This document shows positions 38,327-50,570 of a DNA stretch of 64,000 nt, piece after piece. How positions within the stretch are numbered: position 1 is the stretch's first letter; every line of letters starts with the position of its first letter. This DNA comes from Paraphysomonas bandaiensis. Lineage: Eukaryota > Protista > Chrysophyceae. The stretch is from NCBI GenBank assembly GCA_965644295.1, contig CBFFRP010000080.1:124001-188000 (forward strand), written 5' to 3'. The notes beneath the pieces were generated by a model. That model was not told where the DNA came from. It saw only the letters and a list, made by a program, of their open reading frames with translations, and did no database searches. Position numbers and translations under genes: made by a program.

Positions 38327-40540
38327 CTAATCTATCGGCAAGCTATCAACATACTCCTGAATATCAGTCTGCGCTTTAACATTAATTGCATCCGTTAACA
38401 GTCCAGTATCTGACTTGAGTTTATCAATCAACATATTCTTAATTGTAGGCTCGCCTTCATATTTCATAGCATTGTATGCAAATAGACGCTTCTGCGCAGC
38501 TGTCCCGCATAATGTGTCCTGCTGGGCCGCTAACAGTGTATCCATTACTTTAGTGTCGGGTGATATAGACCCATCTACTATTATGTGGGGCTTGACAAAT
38601 TGTTCCATGCGTCCATCTTCAACACGCACTATAGCACTAGCACCTGTCGGAGACAGCACCGGGTCCTGAAATTCATCAGGATGAACTTTCTTACTGGAGG
38701 TTGGCACACAGCAATCGCACCACCACATGCAGCAGCAGCTGTTCACAGAAACTGAAAAATCTCGATTAGAGAGCATAGCAACGAGTGTAGCAAATGGATC
38801 CGCAGAGGCAAGTATGCTATGCGGAGGAATCCCATCCAATAGGGGTATGTGGTGTGAACCACGGTTCGTGAACATTCCCTCGGCTGTCTCCGCAGTACGG
38901 AGATCCGAATATTTTGGAGTGTAAAAAGGGGAGTCTCGTCGAAGCGGCAGCAGTCCCCACCAGCTCCTATCTGGGTGTCGGAATGGCATGCGCAGGTCGT
39001 AAGAGGACTCTGACGCAAAAGTAATGTCCACTTGGGTCACCAAAATTAGAGCGCATGCTTTCGGCCCAAGGTCCATGTCACTACAAAGCAAGCAATACAC
39101 AGTTATCGTAGATATAAATATTGTTTAAATAATATCTTATGGTGTTTGCACTACCTGCCACGCTTAAGTCCATCAGAGTAAACCGCGCATCTCGGTGTCG
39201 AGTGGTCAACATCCCACACCGTGCTGACATCGTCCAGTATGTAGTCAGGGTTACACCCCTCCTCTCCTTTGAAAGGGGTACTCTTTCCTCTCAGGTATTG
39301 TAAGCATACCTTGTACCCTATAATTGTGTTTGGACGAGTGTACTTCGGGATAGGCATACTGTACAGCATATCCACTCCAGTAAGAATCCCACAATCATCA
39401 TCATAGCACAGCATTGTGTCATGATCAACTGTATGCTTCATATCCCCTATCGCTGGGAAAACAGTAGCCATCCAGGACATAAGGAGGAGACGGAGTTCGC
39501 CCCAGTCCTCATCCTCAATTTGGGACCCTAGGGCCAGTTCAGCTCCGAGTGTTTTGTACAATGGTAACTCTGGCCATCCTTTCTCCTTCACCAGCCGTGT
39601 TGTGGACCGACAGGAGTATGTGGCATAGAGGGACTCGGCAACAGTATCTGAAAGAGTTTGATTACAATGCATCTGGGAATTTTGATGCCGCGTGTCGTGC
39701 GCTACGTCAACTAGTTTCACTTCTAGACTTGCGCCCGGAATGTGAGGAAGCGCTTGGATATTTTCTTGGGTTAGGGGGTAGTGCTTCGGAATCGGGCCCA
39801 GCACAACTGGAAGCGAGTGGTGACCTAAAACACCAAAACAATCATCCACACGTAACCGGTGTATGTACCGATAGAATAAACCTGAAAAGAGACGACATGG
39901 AGCTGGTTGTCCGTCCACTAAATCTTCTTTGGGTTGCATGTCATTTTCATCAACAAATACTTTCAAAGCAGCATACCCAACTGTTGTGGGAGTGAGGTCG
40001 GCCCTACTAAGCGTGTCGATACGACATAGAATCGTGTGTGTTGGATGCAATTCTGTAATACATATATTAATCAGAATTTGAAAGTGTCGGAACCCCACCA
40101 TGAAGTCTACAGACCAAGTTATAAGGTGGACTACATTGAGGGTATGACGGTTCCGAAAAAGCTACTTGTGGCTCTACAACTTGTTTCCGGCTTTGAGTCA
40201 TCACCCGCATCGAAACGCGGGTAGCAGTGCAATTCACAGGAAGACCGACCGCTCTTTCAATTGAAAACTGAACATCCTGGATGCGATCAAATTTCACTTG
40301 AGTAAATTTTGGTTCATGGACGCCGGCTTCTACAGGCTCTGGAGGTGTCTCTGCGGGGGATTGCTTACGAATGAGAGAACTACGAGCCGAAAATCCACGC
40401 CAAGCCTTTTGCAAATTTGTCGCATGCTTGTTTTGGCGCTTTTCTAGTAATCTTTTCCTGCCTTTCTTATCTTTTCGCTTCGATATTGGAGCGAGTGTGA
40501 GAGCTCTCGCTGTACGAATCTCCTCCATATTTCGCATCAC
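38327..40540 (-). CDS. Hypothetical multi-exon protein with an N-terminal IQ motif and a C2-like region
   Basis: ATNLQKAWRGFSAR (IQ). FSIERAVGLP...ILCRIDTL...VGYAALKVF (C2-like strand pattern, inference). Cys cluster CCCMWWCDCC. Start uncertain. Confidence 0.6.
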
Positions 40541-40723
40541 ATCTATATTGCAGTACCCTGTCCGACTGTGTTCAGATTTTTAACAGTAAAGAGCCCACCA
40601 CTGCATTGCACATATTCACTGGAACTGTCATGAATAGTTCCTCGCTACTTGATAGCATCTAACAGCTACAAGCTGTGTGAGAGTAGACTGCTGTATACTG
40701 TATACCCATATGGAACACGACAC

Positions 40724-40750
40724 TACAGTATACAGTATACAGTATACAGT
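40724..40750. repeat. (TACAGTA)x4 tandem upstream of the IQ-motif gene
   Basis: Directly visible. Confidence 0.8.
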
Positions 40751-42147
40751 GCAGCAGGGTGGAGCGAGTTCACAGCCAACTGCTCTGCTGTAGCAGTTGC
40801 ACATTTTATGTAATACCGTGTATATTGAGCATCTGTGATTGGCTACAAGTTAACCCTCTCTTGTTCAGCAACATCTACGACATGTACATGTTCTGTACAG
40901 CCAGTTGGTCACTGCTGGTCGTGAACGACGCAAAACAAGCCAATGGATTTTGTTGATATTATCACCATGTTTCAGTAGCTTAGTTTCATTTCCCGACTAA
41001 CTCGTGCTCATCGATCTCAGAGCAATTTCCACCACAGATCACCAGAAGTGCACCGAATGTGAAGATGTGAGTGAATATTCTATGGCGCAAACACCAAAAG
41101 GATCTTAGACACATGTACGAATCTTATTTCAGTATCTGGCGATCATCAGTATATAGCAGCAGCAAAGTTATTTCATGCCATATGTTGTGTCACAACAGGC
41201 CCGAGAAGTACTTTATGATAGTTGTGCCTCCATTTTATGCCGAAAGTAAAGATCAGTATAACTCCTACTTCACTGAAGGTGCGTACATAGTGTGAATATT
41301 TACAATTTGTTCTATCCTGGCTCTAAATTCATTTAGCAGTCTCGCTTGAGCTATAATATTTAAACATTTGGGCTGGGGAACAATATCTTGCAACAGTATT
41401 GCTGGTCTTTATTGTATGAATAGCTCTGCATACACTACACTATATGTGCCCCTTTATGCATTTTTTAATATATTACAATGTGTTGACAATAGTATCGGAT
41501 GTGAACTTAATTATCGGGTTGTAGAATGGTTTTAAAGTGGATCATAGTATTAAACACAATGCTCACTACGATGTTTAATTAAGAAGAGGTCAGTCTCGCA
41601 TTAATCGCCAACCTCACTTTAAACTAATTAATATGTGCAAGCATCTGTCCACAAGTGTATAGTCATGTCGATAACAAATAACAAAGCAAGAAAATGTACT
41701 ATATACTATATATAAATTAATGTTGAAGTAAATAAACTTTGCAAACAGAGAGTACTTGCTTTACTCTTTATTCATAAAACAAATAATACTAAAAATTGAA
41801 GTACAAAAGGGTTTGTGTTGATAACACTGATAAATAGCTGATATCTAACTGCATTGCCTGTTATACGACGAATTCACCACCAAGGATAGGATTTCTAATA
41901 TTCCTTTGTCGCGGCAACAACACAATCTGAATACAAGTATCCTATGTGTAAAACTAATGTATATACACCACAACGAAACATGGTTTGTCGCTTAGGTGTG
42001 TATCCACCTGGTAAGTGTTACACAAAACACACTTTGATGTACTGAAGGGCGGTACCTCTACATACTATCCTATCCACTCACACGAAACACCAATAACAGG
42101 GCAGTGACAAATATAATAAGCACTTTATTACGACTAATGGTTAATCA

Positions 42148-45100
42148 TCAAGACACACAACAAATGCGAGAATTCTTCTCTTTATTCACAGCTTCTTGCC
42201 TTTCCATTTCTGCTGTTCTACTCTTCAATTCAGCGAGCTCTGCCTCCATTTCAAGAATTTTTTTGTCTTTTTCCTCTATCATTTTTTCTGCCATGAGCTC
42301 TTTGTACGTCGTTCTCGAATTAGTCTTTGATATTTCTTCTCGAAAACTCGCTGCTGCTCGTGAGGTTCTCTTGACATCTCTTTCAGCGCGCTCAAGTAGC
42401 AAAGCCATCCTTTTCAGAAAACACAGTGATATCAAACATGCCAATTAGGTGCAAACGTACTCTTTAAGCTTAGCTTTCAGTTCCACCGGGTCGCTCCCGA
42501 CAGCAGGTGAGTCGTCCTCGTCGAAATAATCTCCCTCCTCGTCTGCCTCTAATGCACCATTGTTATCAACTCGTGCAGAGGTGTCTCCAATGATACTCTT
42601 GCCCATTGGTTGCTAAAAGATAGATAGAGTGAAAATGAGAGCAACATAATGCATTACCCCACATACCGCAACTTTACAAGCTGGCTCACCGATACGTTGC
42701 GTGGAAACATCTCCTTTCTGCACCTCTGTATATTTCCTATTAGTAATTCGGCTACCCCAAATCTCAAATTCAATTGTTTTCTTCTGAACATATCGAATGA
42801 AGTCGGGTGTTATTTTCTGCTCGATTACCACAGTACTATTTACGAATGGGTGTATATCTCCATCATCCATGTTCCGTGCAGGATGCCGAGATGTACGATA
42901 CTGACCGGAATGGCAAAAAAATGAAAATACGACCTGTACATCACTCGATAATTGCGGATTGATATCATGGAGGGACTCAAAGTAAAATCTCATTATACAA
43001 TTCTGTCCAGGAAAATCAGACAGTTTTGACTCCTTATCAATGCTTATGTACGAGGGAACAGTCTCTACTTCATCTATCCAAGACCGCAGCGTCATCTTCA
43101 GAGAACCTGCACGAATTCCTTTGAACGAAATGATCGGCATAGTGTCCCTGGTGTCCATTAGATAAAACAAAGAATCGAGATGAAGCATGCAAACCCCAAT
43201 CAATTCCGCGTCAGATGGATCTAAGAATGGATCCAATGCAGAAGGGTAGACGTCATCGAGGGTGTCCAAATCACCATCACATTTTTTTTTGAAACAGTCA
43301 TACATTTTTCGCATTTGAAAATATCGCTGCATGAAGATAGTTGGACTCCAAATCCAACTATCCCCGCGACTGGTGCAGCTGCCCTGATCAAGAACCTCCA
43401 CGTGGACCACAAGTCGGTACCGCTTCCCGTCCACAATAAATCCGTCTTCCAGACCACGATACTGACGAGGCACAAATGTGCTGAGGTGTCCCCCTTTTTC
43501 CCGAGGAAATTCGACAATTCGTGCCTCGCATCGAACGTATCTCTTCATCTCGTGCGACCAGCAGTTTACATACATTGTTGCTAGTAGCGTCTCACATATG
43601 CATGCCCTGACATTGGGTGACAGCTGGGAAAAAAAACTGTGTACGTGCGGAAGAGGTGGAGCATATGCAGCGAGCATCATATCGTCAGTGAGTTCGGAAA
43701 CCTTCGATATGCTAATAATTTCCCTCTCCAAGGCAGAGTGCTTTTTGTGATTCAAACTGGCTATGCTCGATGATACTATATTTAAAACGCTTTCTTGCAT
43801 GCATACGCAGACAGCTTTGTCCCAATATCCCCTCTTTAAGTTCGAATTCTCCACCAGCACGTTACGATCAAGACAACCTTGTTGATATAGATCCTCTAGA
43901 TCCTCGCTTAGGATGACTTCGCGATCAACATCATAGTCGACGGTAGGTTCTGCGCCGTTTTCATTTGCGGATTGATCCCCTGGGATGCGAACCACGAACA
44001 TGGCTCCCACTCCAAGCCGCAGTACATCGCAGTCGTGGAGTACAGTTTCTACAGATATTTTATGACCATTGACACGAACTGGGGCGGGTACCCCGTCATC
44101 GTCATGGAAGGGACGCACTTTGACCGTGGATCCCAATCGAAAAAATACGCAATGCTTCTCGAAAACGTCGAACCCATCTAGACATACGATTTTACAGTGC
44201 TTTATCCCTGGAAAAGACAGCTTAACATTCCCCTCTTTCTTTTCACCTTCCTCCTCCACCTCTTCGCCAGGCAACACGTCGCTTTCCAAAGACTTGTAAC
44301 ACACTGCGGTGTGTCCTCCGGGTATCGGCAGGAAGAGGAATTGGCTGCAAAAACCCAGAGAGGAAATGGGGCATAGAAAAGGATCGTCTGGGGTAACTTT
44401 ATTCATACTCCAGGGGACTGGGTCGCTGACTTCTTCTTCCGATTCCTGCTTCCGAAGAAGCATCGCAGCGACCTCTGCATCGGTCCGTCGCAACTCCACC
44501 TTCCGCACCTTTATACCAATAACACCCCTAAGCTTCAACCAATTCTGTATGGCTGGAATGAGGAATAGAGACTCATAATGAGAGTCAGAAGGGTGCTCTA
44601 ATTGCCGTTGCACACTCGCGATATAGGCCTCCTTACGCTTGTAAAAACTCATGTGCATGGCGTGGGATTCACAGTTAGTTGTCTCCCTAGTCTGAGCAAA
44701 AGACTGCATCAAGTCACCTATAAATTCTTTTTCTTGCTGCAACGACGACAAAAGTTCTTGTGTAGTGGGAGCAGGGGCTGGCCCCTGGTTCATGGATGTA
44801 ACACTTTCAGTAGTTTGCACGTCAGCAGTGGTCATCGATTTGCGAAGCTGGTTGTTCACACCCTGCACTTTCTCTGATACGGTTTGAAGCAGATCTAAAG
44901 TCGCCTTGTTGTCGCTCGAGCAGGAGTGCATGCCTCGGAGACAGCCTATAAGCAGGCAAGACTGAGACCGCGAAGCAGACACTGGTTGCGCTCCTCGTAG
45001 CATAAACGTGTCTTGCAGCAAATAGGTCAGAAAGGAGTGCTCGTAGGGAGCACTTGGGGAACGCGCGGACTTCCCCCGTCGCTGATTGAACACATCCACA

Positions 45101-45921
45101 ACACCCCCCCCCTGCAATCCACACTGGCACAAAGCATTGCCCGCGTTTAATTCCCAACAACGACTAGATAAACGGTCAGACTCAGTAATAGACAGTGGCA
45201 AAAATATCATCGCAGAAGCCTCAATAAAAGTGATAGTATATACGCGACTTGGCCTCACCACACGTAAATTTATAACAATATGACCAGGGTTGTAGCAGTG
45301 GTCTGTGTTGAGAGCAAGCATTGAAGCTGAAAGTACACCAAGATGCAGAACTTGCAGTACATCATCCGATGATGTGCCTGTAAATACACGTATTGGCAAT
45401 ACCGTTACACCTAATGACAAGGATAATGCAATGTTATTGTCGTATGGATAGAAGCGGGGTGGGTCAAAAAGATCGGCACATTGATCTGCAAACGCCATAT
45501 ACATCGAACACTGAATAAACACATCTTCGCCATCATTTTGACCACTGTGAAATATATTATTCACAAATCTCGGTAAAATTCCCTGGTTTTCATTTGTGCC
45601 ATCACCAAAAAGACAATTCGACTTTCCAGATGCTCTTCCACCTACGATGAGACAAGTGTAATTAGAAACGTCTTCAGAGGTTATCCAGTCGTGAAACGTG
45701 TCGTAAACGCAACTTTGAGAAGAAAATTGAATCTGTTTCGTTCTTTGGCTGTAGCTATCAAGGACATCATCGACAATCCAGCTATCGATTTGTGTTTCAT
45801 CATCGTTTTCATGGTTAGGTTTGATGCACACTTCATGGATCTCATCGTCTATGCTGAGCGACTCCTCCTCGAAGTCCACAGGATTGATCCTTACGGCTGT
45901 TCTTAAAGACACCGTACTCAT
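42148..45921 (-). CDS. Kinesin-3/KIF28-like protein with degenerate motor, FHA domain, coiled coils and C-terminal CaaX
   Basis: AVRINP, GGRASGKS...GILPR and PYEHSFLTYLLQD (motor). FHA-like EKHCVF...VRVNG...LHDCDVLRLG. Two introns near the 3' end lead to ...KNSRICCVS*. Confidence 0.8.
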
Positions 45922-46360
45922 CGTTTGACGATTAGCTTGTTGTGTTTATACGGAGAGATTATTATCTTTCGTCCATATGAGTACAAACTGTTTAAGGGCC
46001 GCACAAATAACGCCAAGTGGAAAACATTCACTCCATGCCCCGACCCATGGGCTTGTGGATATACATCTATGTGATGCAAGGCTCTTATATCAGTGTGGGG
46101 TCTGGCCTACGAGTACGAGGAACATGCGCTCATCTTACCATACATGTACAGCAGCATATACGTATAGAGCACAGGTGTGTATGTAGAGTTCAGTTCGTAT
46201 TGATCAGAAACGGACACACCAGCAGTGGTATACAGCAGAGTATACTGGTATACGGCCACCACTGCCCTCATATGTGCTGGCTGTATATCTCGCTCTTGCA
46301 GTATCTGGATACGACTGTATCCATGTGAGCGATTTGGTACACAGAACAGCGGAGCGCAGC

Positions 46361-46570
46361 ACTCGCAACTTTTCGTGGTGCTGTGGGGGATAGTACCGAA
46401 GATAGTTCTCCGGGAAACTAAAGTCAGCAGATATTGTTCTGCCCACTCATAGCCATATGTTTGTGTGGTACAAGGGACACAAATAAGTGTCACTTGTGTA
46501 GACGTCTTTGAGCCCTGACAATAAACATGCCTGCTGAAGTCAAGCATCCGGGACGAGTTCACCTCAAGGA
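46361..46570 (-). repeat. Dispersed repeat family A, copy 3
   Basis: TTGTGTGGTACAAGGGACACAAATAAGTGTCACTTGTGTAGACGTCTTTG is near-identical to 62781-62830. Confidence 0.8.
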
Positions 46571-47367
46571 CTTAAAAATCCTGAAGTCAGAAGATGTCAG
46601 GTATATCAATATTCTGCTTGCTCACTGCGTTTGCTTTGATTGATTGATGTCGAATATGAGTTCACATTACTTGGCATCTGTGTGTGGCCAATGACTGAGG
46701 TAATGCGTCAAACTTTCCTCATGGATGCATGGCAATGTGGTTAGACCTGTTATACCTTCCCACTCACACGTCTACTGTCTAGTCTTGGTTTCTCCTGACC
46801 CAGGTCATTGAGATTACAACAAGGCTCTGGCACTGTTCTCCAAGCAGGCTCAGGTACTTTTATGGTGTTTTATATTTTTTTACTTAGTAGATTTTCATCC
46901 GAGTGGGGAAGGTGCACGGTTTCCTACTAGCGTAGCTCACTCGGGAGAAGAGTGCAAGGTGGATGCATGTGCTGGACGAGTGCACACAATGGAAGGAAGA
47001 CATTGAGTCGGCTTGAATATGTAACAGATATTGGTAGTTAATTGTTTCATGCATCAGTGTGCCAATTGCACCAGTGAGACTGCTTCGTGGCCGTAGGACT
47101 CTCCCCTCCAGACTACCTGCTGCTGTGAGCACCACCTTGAAGGGCCCTCAAGAACTGCCTCATATACAGGAGATATATGCAGAAGACACGGACCGCAAGT
47201 TGTTTGTGTTAGGACAAGTAGATTGGGCAGGAGCGTATGATCCGGATTAAACACGCAACTCGTCGTATGCCCATGTAGCTAACTAAATCGTGTTGTATAG
47301 TTCAGCACTTGTATGAGAGTTATGTCATGCTTATTGTCGCGCGAGTTGTTAGGTTGGTTGCCGTCAT

Positions 47368-47419
47368 CAGGCTTGCGTAACCATTAATGGTAATGGCCAT
47401 TAATGGTTACGCAAGCCTG
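47368..47419. mobile_element. 52-bp hAT micro-MITE with perfect 23-bp TIRs and 8-bp TSD
   Basis: GCCGTCAT-[CAGGCTTGCGTAACCATTAATGG TAATGG CCATTAATGGTTACGCAAGCCTG]-GCCGTCAT. Confidence 0.92.
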
Positions 47420-47576
47420 GCCGTCATGGAATGCAAGCTATTTATCAATTTAAATTTCCAATCAATGCCTATTGATAGAAGTATTCACACATCATTTTTT
47501 TTCAAATATAGATGTATAAACTATAAACAACAGAGTAGAACTATGACGTCATTTTATGTGCTGCGTTGGGCTATAC

Positions 47577-48557
47577 CAGGGCCTGGTAACCATTAATGGT
47601 AGTCCAGTTCCCGGCAATTATAATGGCATTAATGAAAAATGTCCCGGCAATTATAATGGCCATTAATGGCCCATTAATGGTCTTTAATACCTACTAACTT
47701 AAAGTAGATAGCACCACTCATATAATAGATAGTGCTGTGATCCCTTAATTACTAATTTTTAGTTAACTAGCAGACTGCAATTTTAACTACTTCTCGCTGC
47801 TCTCTACTGGCACATCAGGATCTTCTTTCAGGGCTTCATGGATGGTATAAACATCCCACAACATGTAATTGGCTCGTAGGAATAGCAACGATTCTAGACG
47901 ATATGGATTCATGTTTCTACGCTCAGGCGTCATAATTAACTTTGCACGACTAAAGAGCCTCTCAACAACATTAGATTGTGCTTCGATATGAAGCAAGCAG
48001 CGGTAGTTGGACTCATAGGTACCAAGTCGAGCTCTCTTGGTGACCTCGGCGCTGTCCAGAACACGCTGTGCAAAATCAGTTCCTTCACTCTCGTCCTCGT
48101 TATTTCTGTCGGGTACACCAACCTCCATGGATAAATCCAGTTGCAAATGTCGAACTGCTCTTCTCTCATTGCCTGTCAACTCTCTTTCATCGTTCCCTTG
48201 AATTTTAGCCACTGCCTTCTCCAAATTGGCACTGGCAACAATGCTTGCATTTGGGGAAAGGTATGGATGCAGCTCTGGAAATTCTTGTAGCAGCATATCA
48301 AATAACTGGCGGGCTTGGTACAAATTGGTTCCATCTCTTTGTAAGGCCAGCGTAACACTCTGTAACTTTTCAAGTTGCGTCAAATATTGTTTCAGATCTC
48401 GAAATTTAGCTGGAGTAAGAATCTTATCTTCCAGGGTGCTCGGGAAATTACATTCACCAAGAAAAGGATGCAGTTTTACGTATTTAACCAGCATGTTGTA
48501 TGTTGAAGACCACCGAGTTACATTTCTTCTTTCCGGCTTTATGTTTGTCTTCTGCGC
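47577..48557 (-). mobile_element. 5'-truncated hAT transposon: 3' TIR plus C-terminal third of the transposase
   Basis: TIR CAGGGCCTGGTAACC at 47577. Transposase motifs NVTRWSSTYNML, SVTLALQ, SNVVERLFSRAKLI and LESLLFLRAN...W (dimerisation domain). GGCTATAC on both flanks. Confidence 0.9.
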
Positions 48558-48777
48558 GGCTATACGCGATTCTAAAAGTGCGTATGGAAATACATAGTTT
48601 CAGCAAAACATGTGTATCGTTCTAGAAAGAGTGATTGTGCTGCCAAGAAATAAGGCCATTGTATATTAATTCAGAGACAAAATACTAAATCCAATCACGA
48701 AGCAATACATTGAATTATACAAAAATAATATCATATTCAATATGAAACAAATACTACAAGCATGCAACTTCACATTC

Positions 48778-49805
48778 TCACATCTTATCAGAGTCAGCTT
48801 TGTCAAGAAATTGAAATGCCCTCTTGAATAATTTATTCTTTGTAACGGCAGTACTCTCTAACGGTTTCGAACAAGACTCAGACCTTTTAACTTCACTAAT
48901 ATCACGCTTCGATCCTAAAATTGAAACTTGCTTGCTACTTGGAGCTTTCTTCACGACTTCTCTCTTTGATGTGCTATTGTTGCGGGGTTTGTTTACACTC
49001 TTGAGGGTCGGATTCGGCGGCTTCATCAACTGAAGCTTTTCAATCGCAGCAGAGTCGTCGTGTTTTAGGGATTCGAATTCAGATATGTTGCGGTAAGTAA
49101 CTTCTACATGTAGGCCATATCGTCGTGCTAAGTCTTTAATCTTTCTCTCTCCTTCCTGTTGAAAGGCTGATACAAACTTCCGTCACGAGACAACCACCAA
49201 TCTTTAGTGACTTACCACGATAACTTTGGTCGGCATTTTTTAGACCTCCACACGAGTCATTTGTTGCTGCAGCTATACAACGCAATCGGCAATGATAATG
49301 CATAAATTACGTACAAGACGTACCCTTGAGCTCTTCAATTACAGATTCGGGACTGACTTGATCTTGACAACTACTAGGTGGAACTGCTGCTATAGGGATA
49401 CGTTCGTTTGACTTTTCTACACTTCCGACATAGCGACGCAGAAATGTAGAGTTGGGCCGAATTCTGGAGGCTGATGTACTGTCGGTACTATTCTTCTGCA
49501 CCGCTGTGTCAGTAGAAAATACCGTTTCACCTTCTGTCGAGGAACTATCTTCGTTATTATTGTCGTTAAGTAAAACGGAACTCTTTATGTGAGTCAAACT
49601 AATCAGTCTAGTTTCTGTGGAGGGATTAGTTGTTGTTCTCGCTTCGCCTTGAACTACCTTCGTCGATGCATCGACATTGCCACCATTCTAAGCAACGAAA
49701 TTAAGGAGTAATATATTAATGTATTGACTAACAAGATCAGATGTTACTGGGGCTGATGATGCACTGAGTGTAGAGTTACTTCGCAGATGGGATAAGTTAA
49801 TCATC
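48778..49805 (-). CDS. Hypothetical Ser/Thr/Lys-rich protein, about 4 exons
   Basis: ORF pieces 49307-49597 and 48778-49029 can be joined through short GT-AG introns. Divergent from the giant gene. No family recognised. Confidence 0.5.
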
Positions 49806-50570
49806 TCGTTCCGTAGATGTCTGTCATGAAGGCTGAGAATCAACTAGACATATGTACGACAGGAACCTTCATTTTAAACTTAAGTTTCCATTAATCACGA
49901 TATCTCGGCCCCACAAGCTCACCAGTCCCGAGTCAACAATAATAATATGCGGGATGGATGTAACAATCCAGCCCAGCCCCTGCTGTAGGCTGTACACGGT
50001 ATACGTTAGGTATACGGTGCCAGTTTCTGTCTACATTGCTGTACAGCGCTTGAATACTGGAATACACGTACAGCAGTACAGTATCGGAATACTGGTGATA
50101 CAAAAAACGTTACACAAGTGCCCGTATACTCCAGGACGTACCTGTGTACAGCCAGTACATCTATATTTTGTCGTATGTGAAATCAACACCGTGTACCTCT
50201 ACACTCGTACGCGCGTCCCAGCAGTGTGTCACCTTCTTGACGCTGCTTGATGAGCTCGTACTGGCACTGTGCTGCGGTATACCACATCTAACACTCTTAA
50301 AATTAATTGTCACTATCTGTGGATAGTACTGGAGTAGTGTGATTGTTTGATCTCTATTCTTATATTGAGATTGCTTTCCACTTGCTGCTGTCAGAGGTGT
50401 ACAAGAGTGTACACATGTTGTCTCAGTTATGAGTTCTATTGAATAGATCACACGAAAAGCTGTTGATATTCCTGTGTGTCCCATTAATTAACTGTACGAA
50501 TATATATATCCCTGACTATGATTTATAACCACTTGTGGTACAGGTATCAGGTGAGTTCTCCGGCGAATCA

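Noticed and set aside
45977-47330. Short ORFs between the kinesin-like gene and the hAT elements
   Set aside because: No coherent gene model or motifs; the region overlaps repeat family A and is probably decayed transposon sequence.
48494-48780. Host gene-transposase fusion via the TTTTAG acceptor near 48572
   Set aside because: The upstream gene has its own stop at 48778 and no supported donor links the two; would need RNA-seq evidence.
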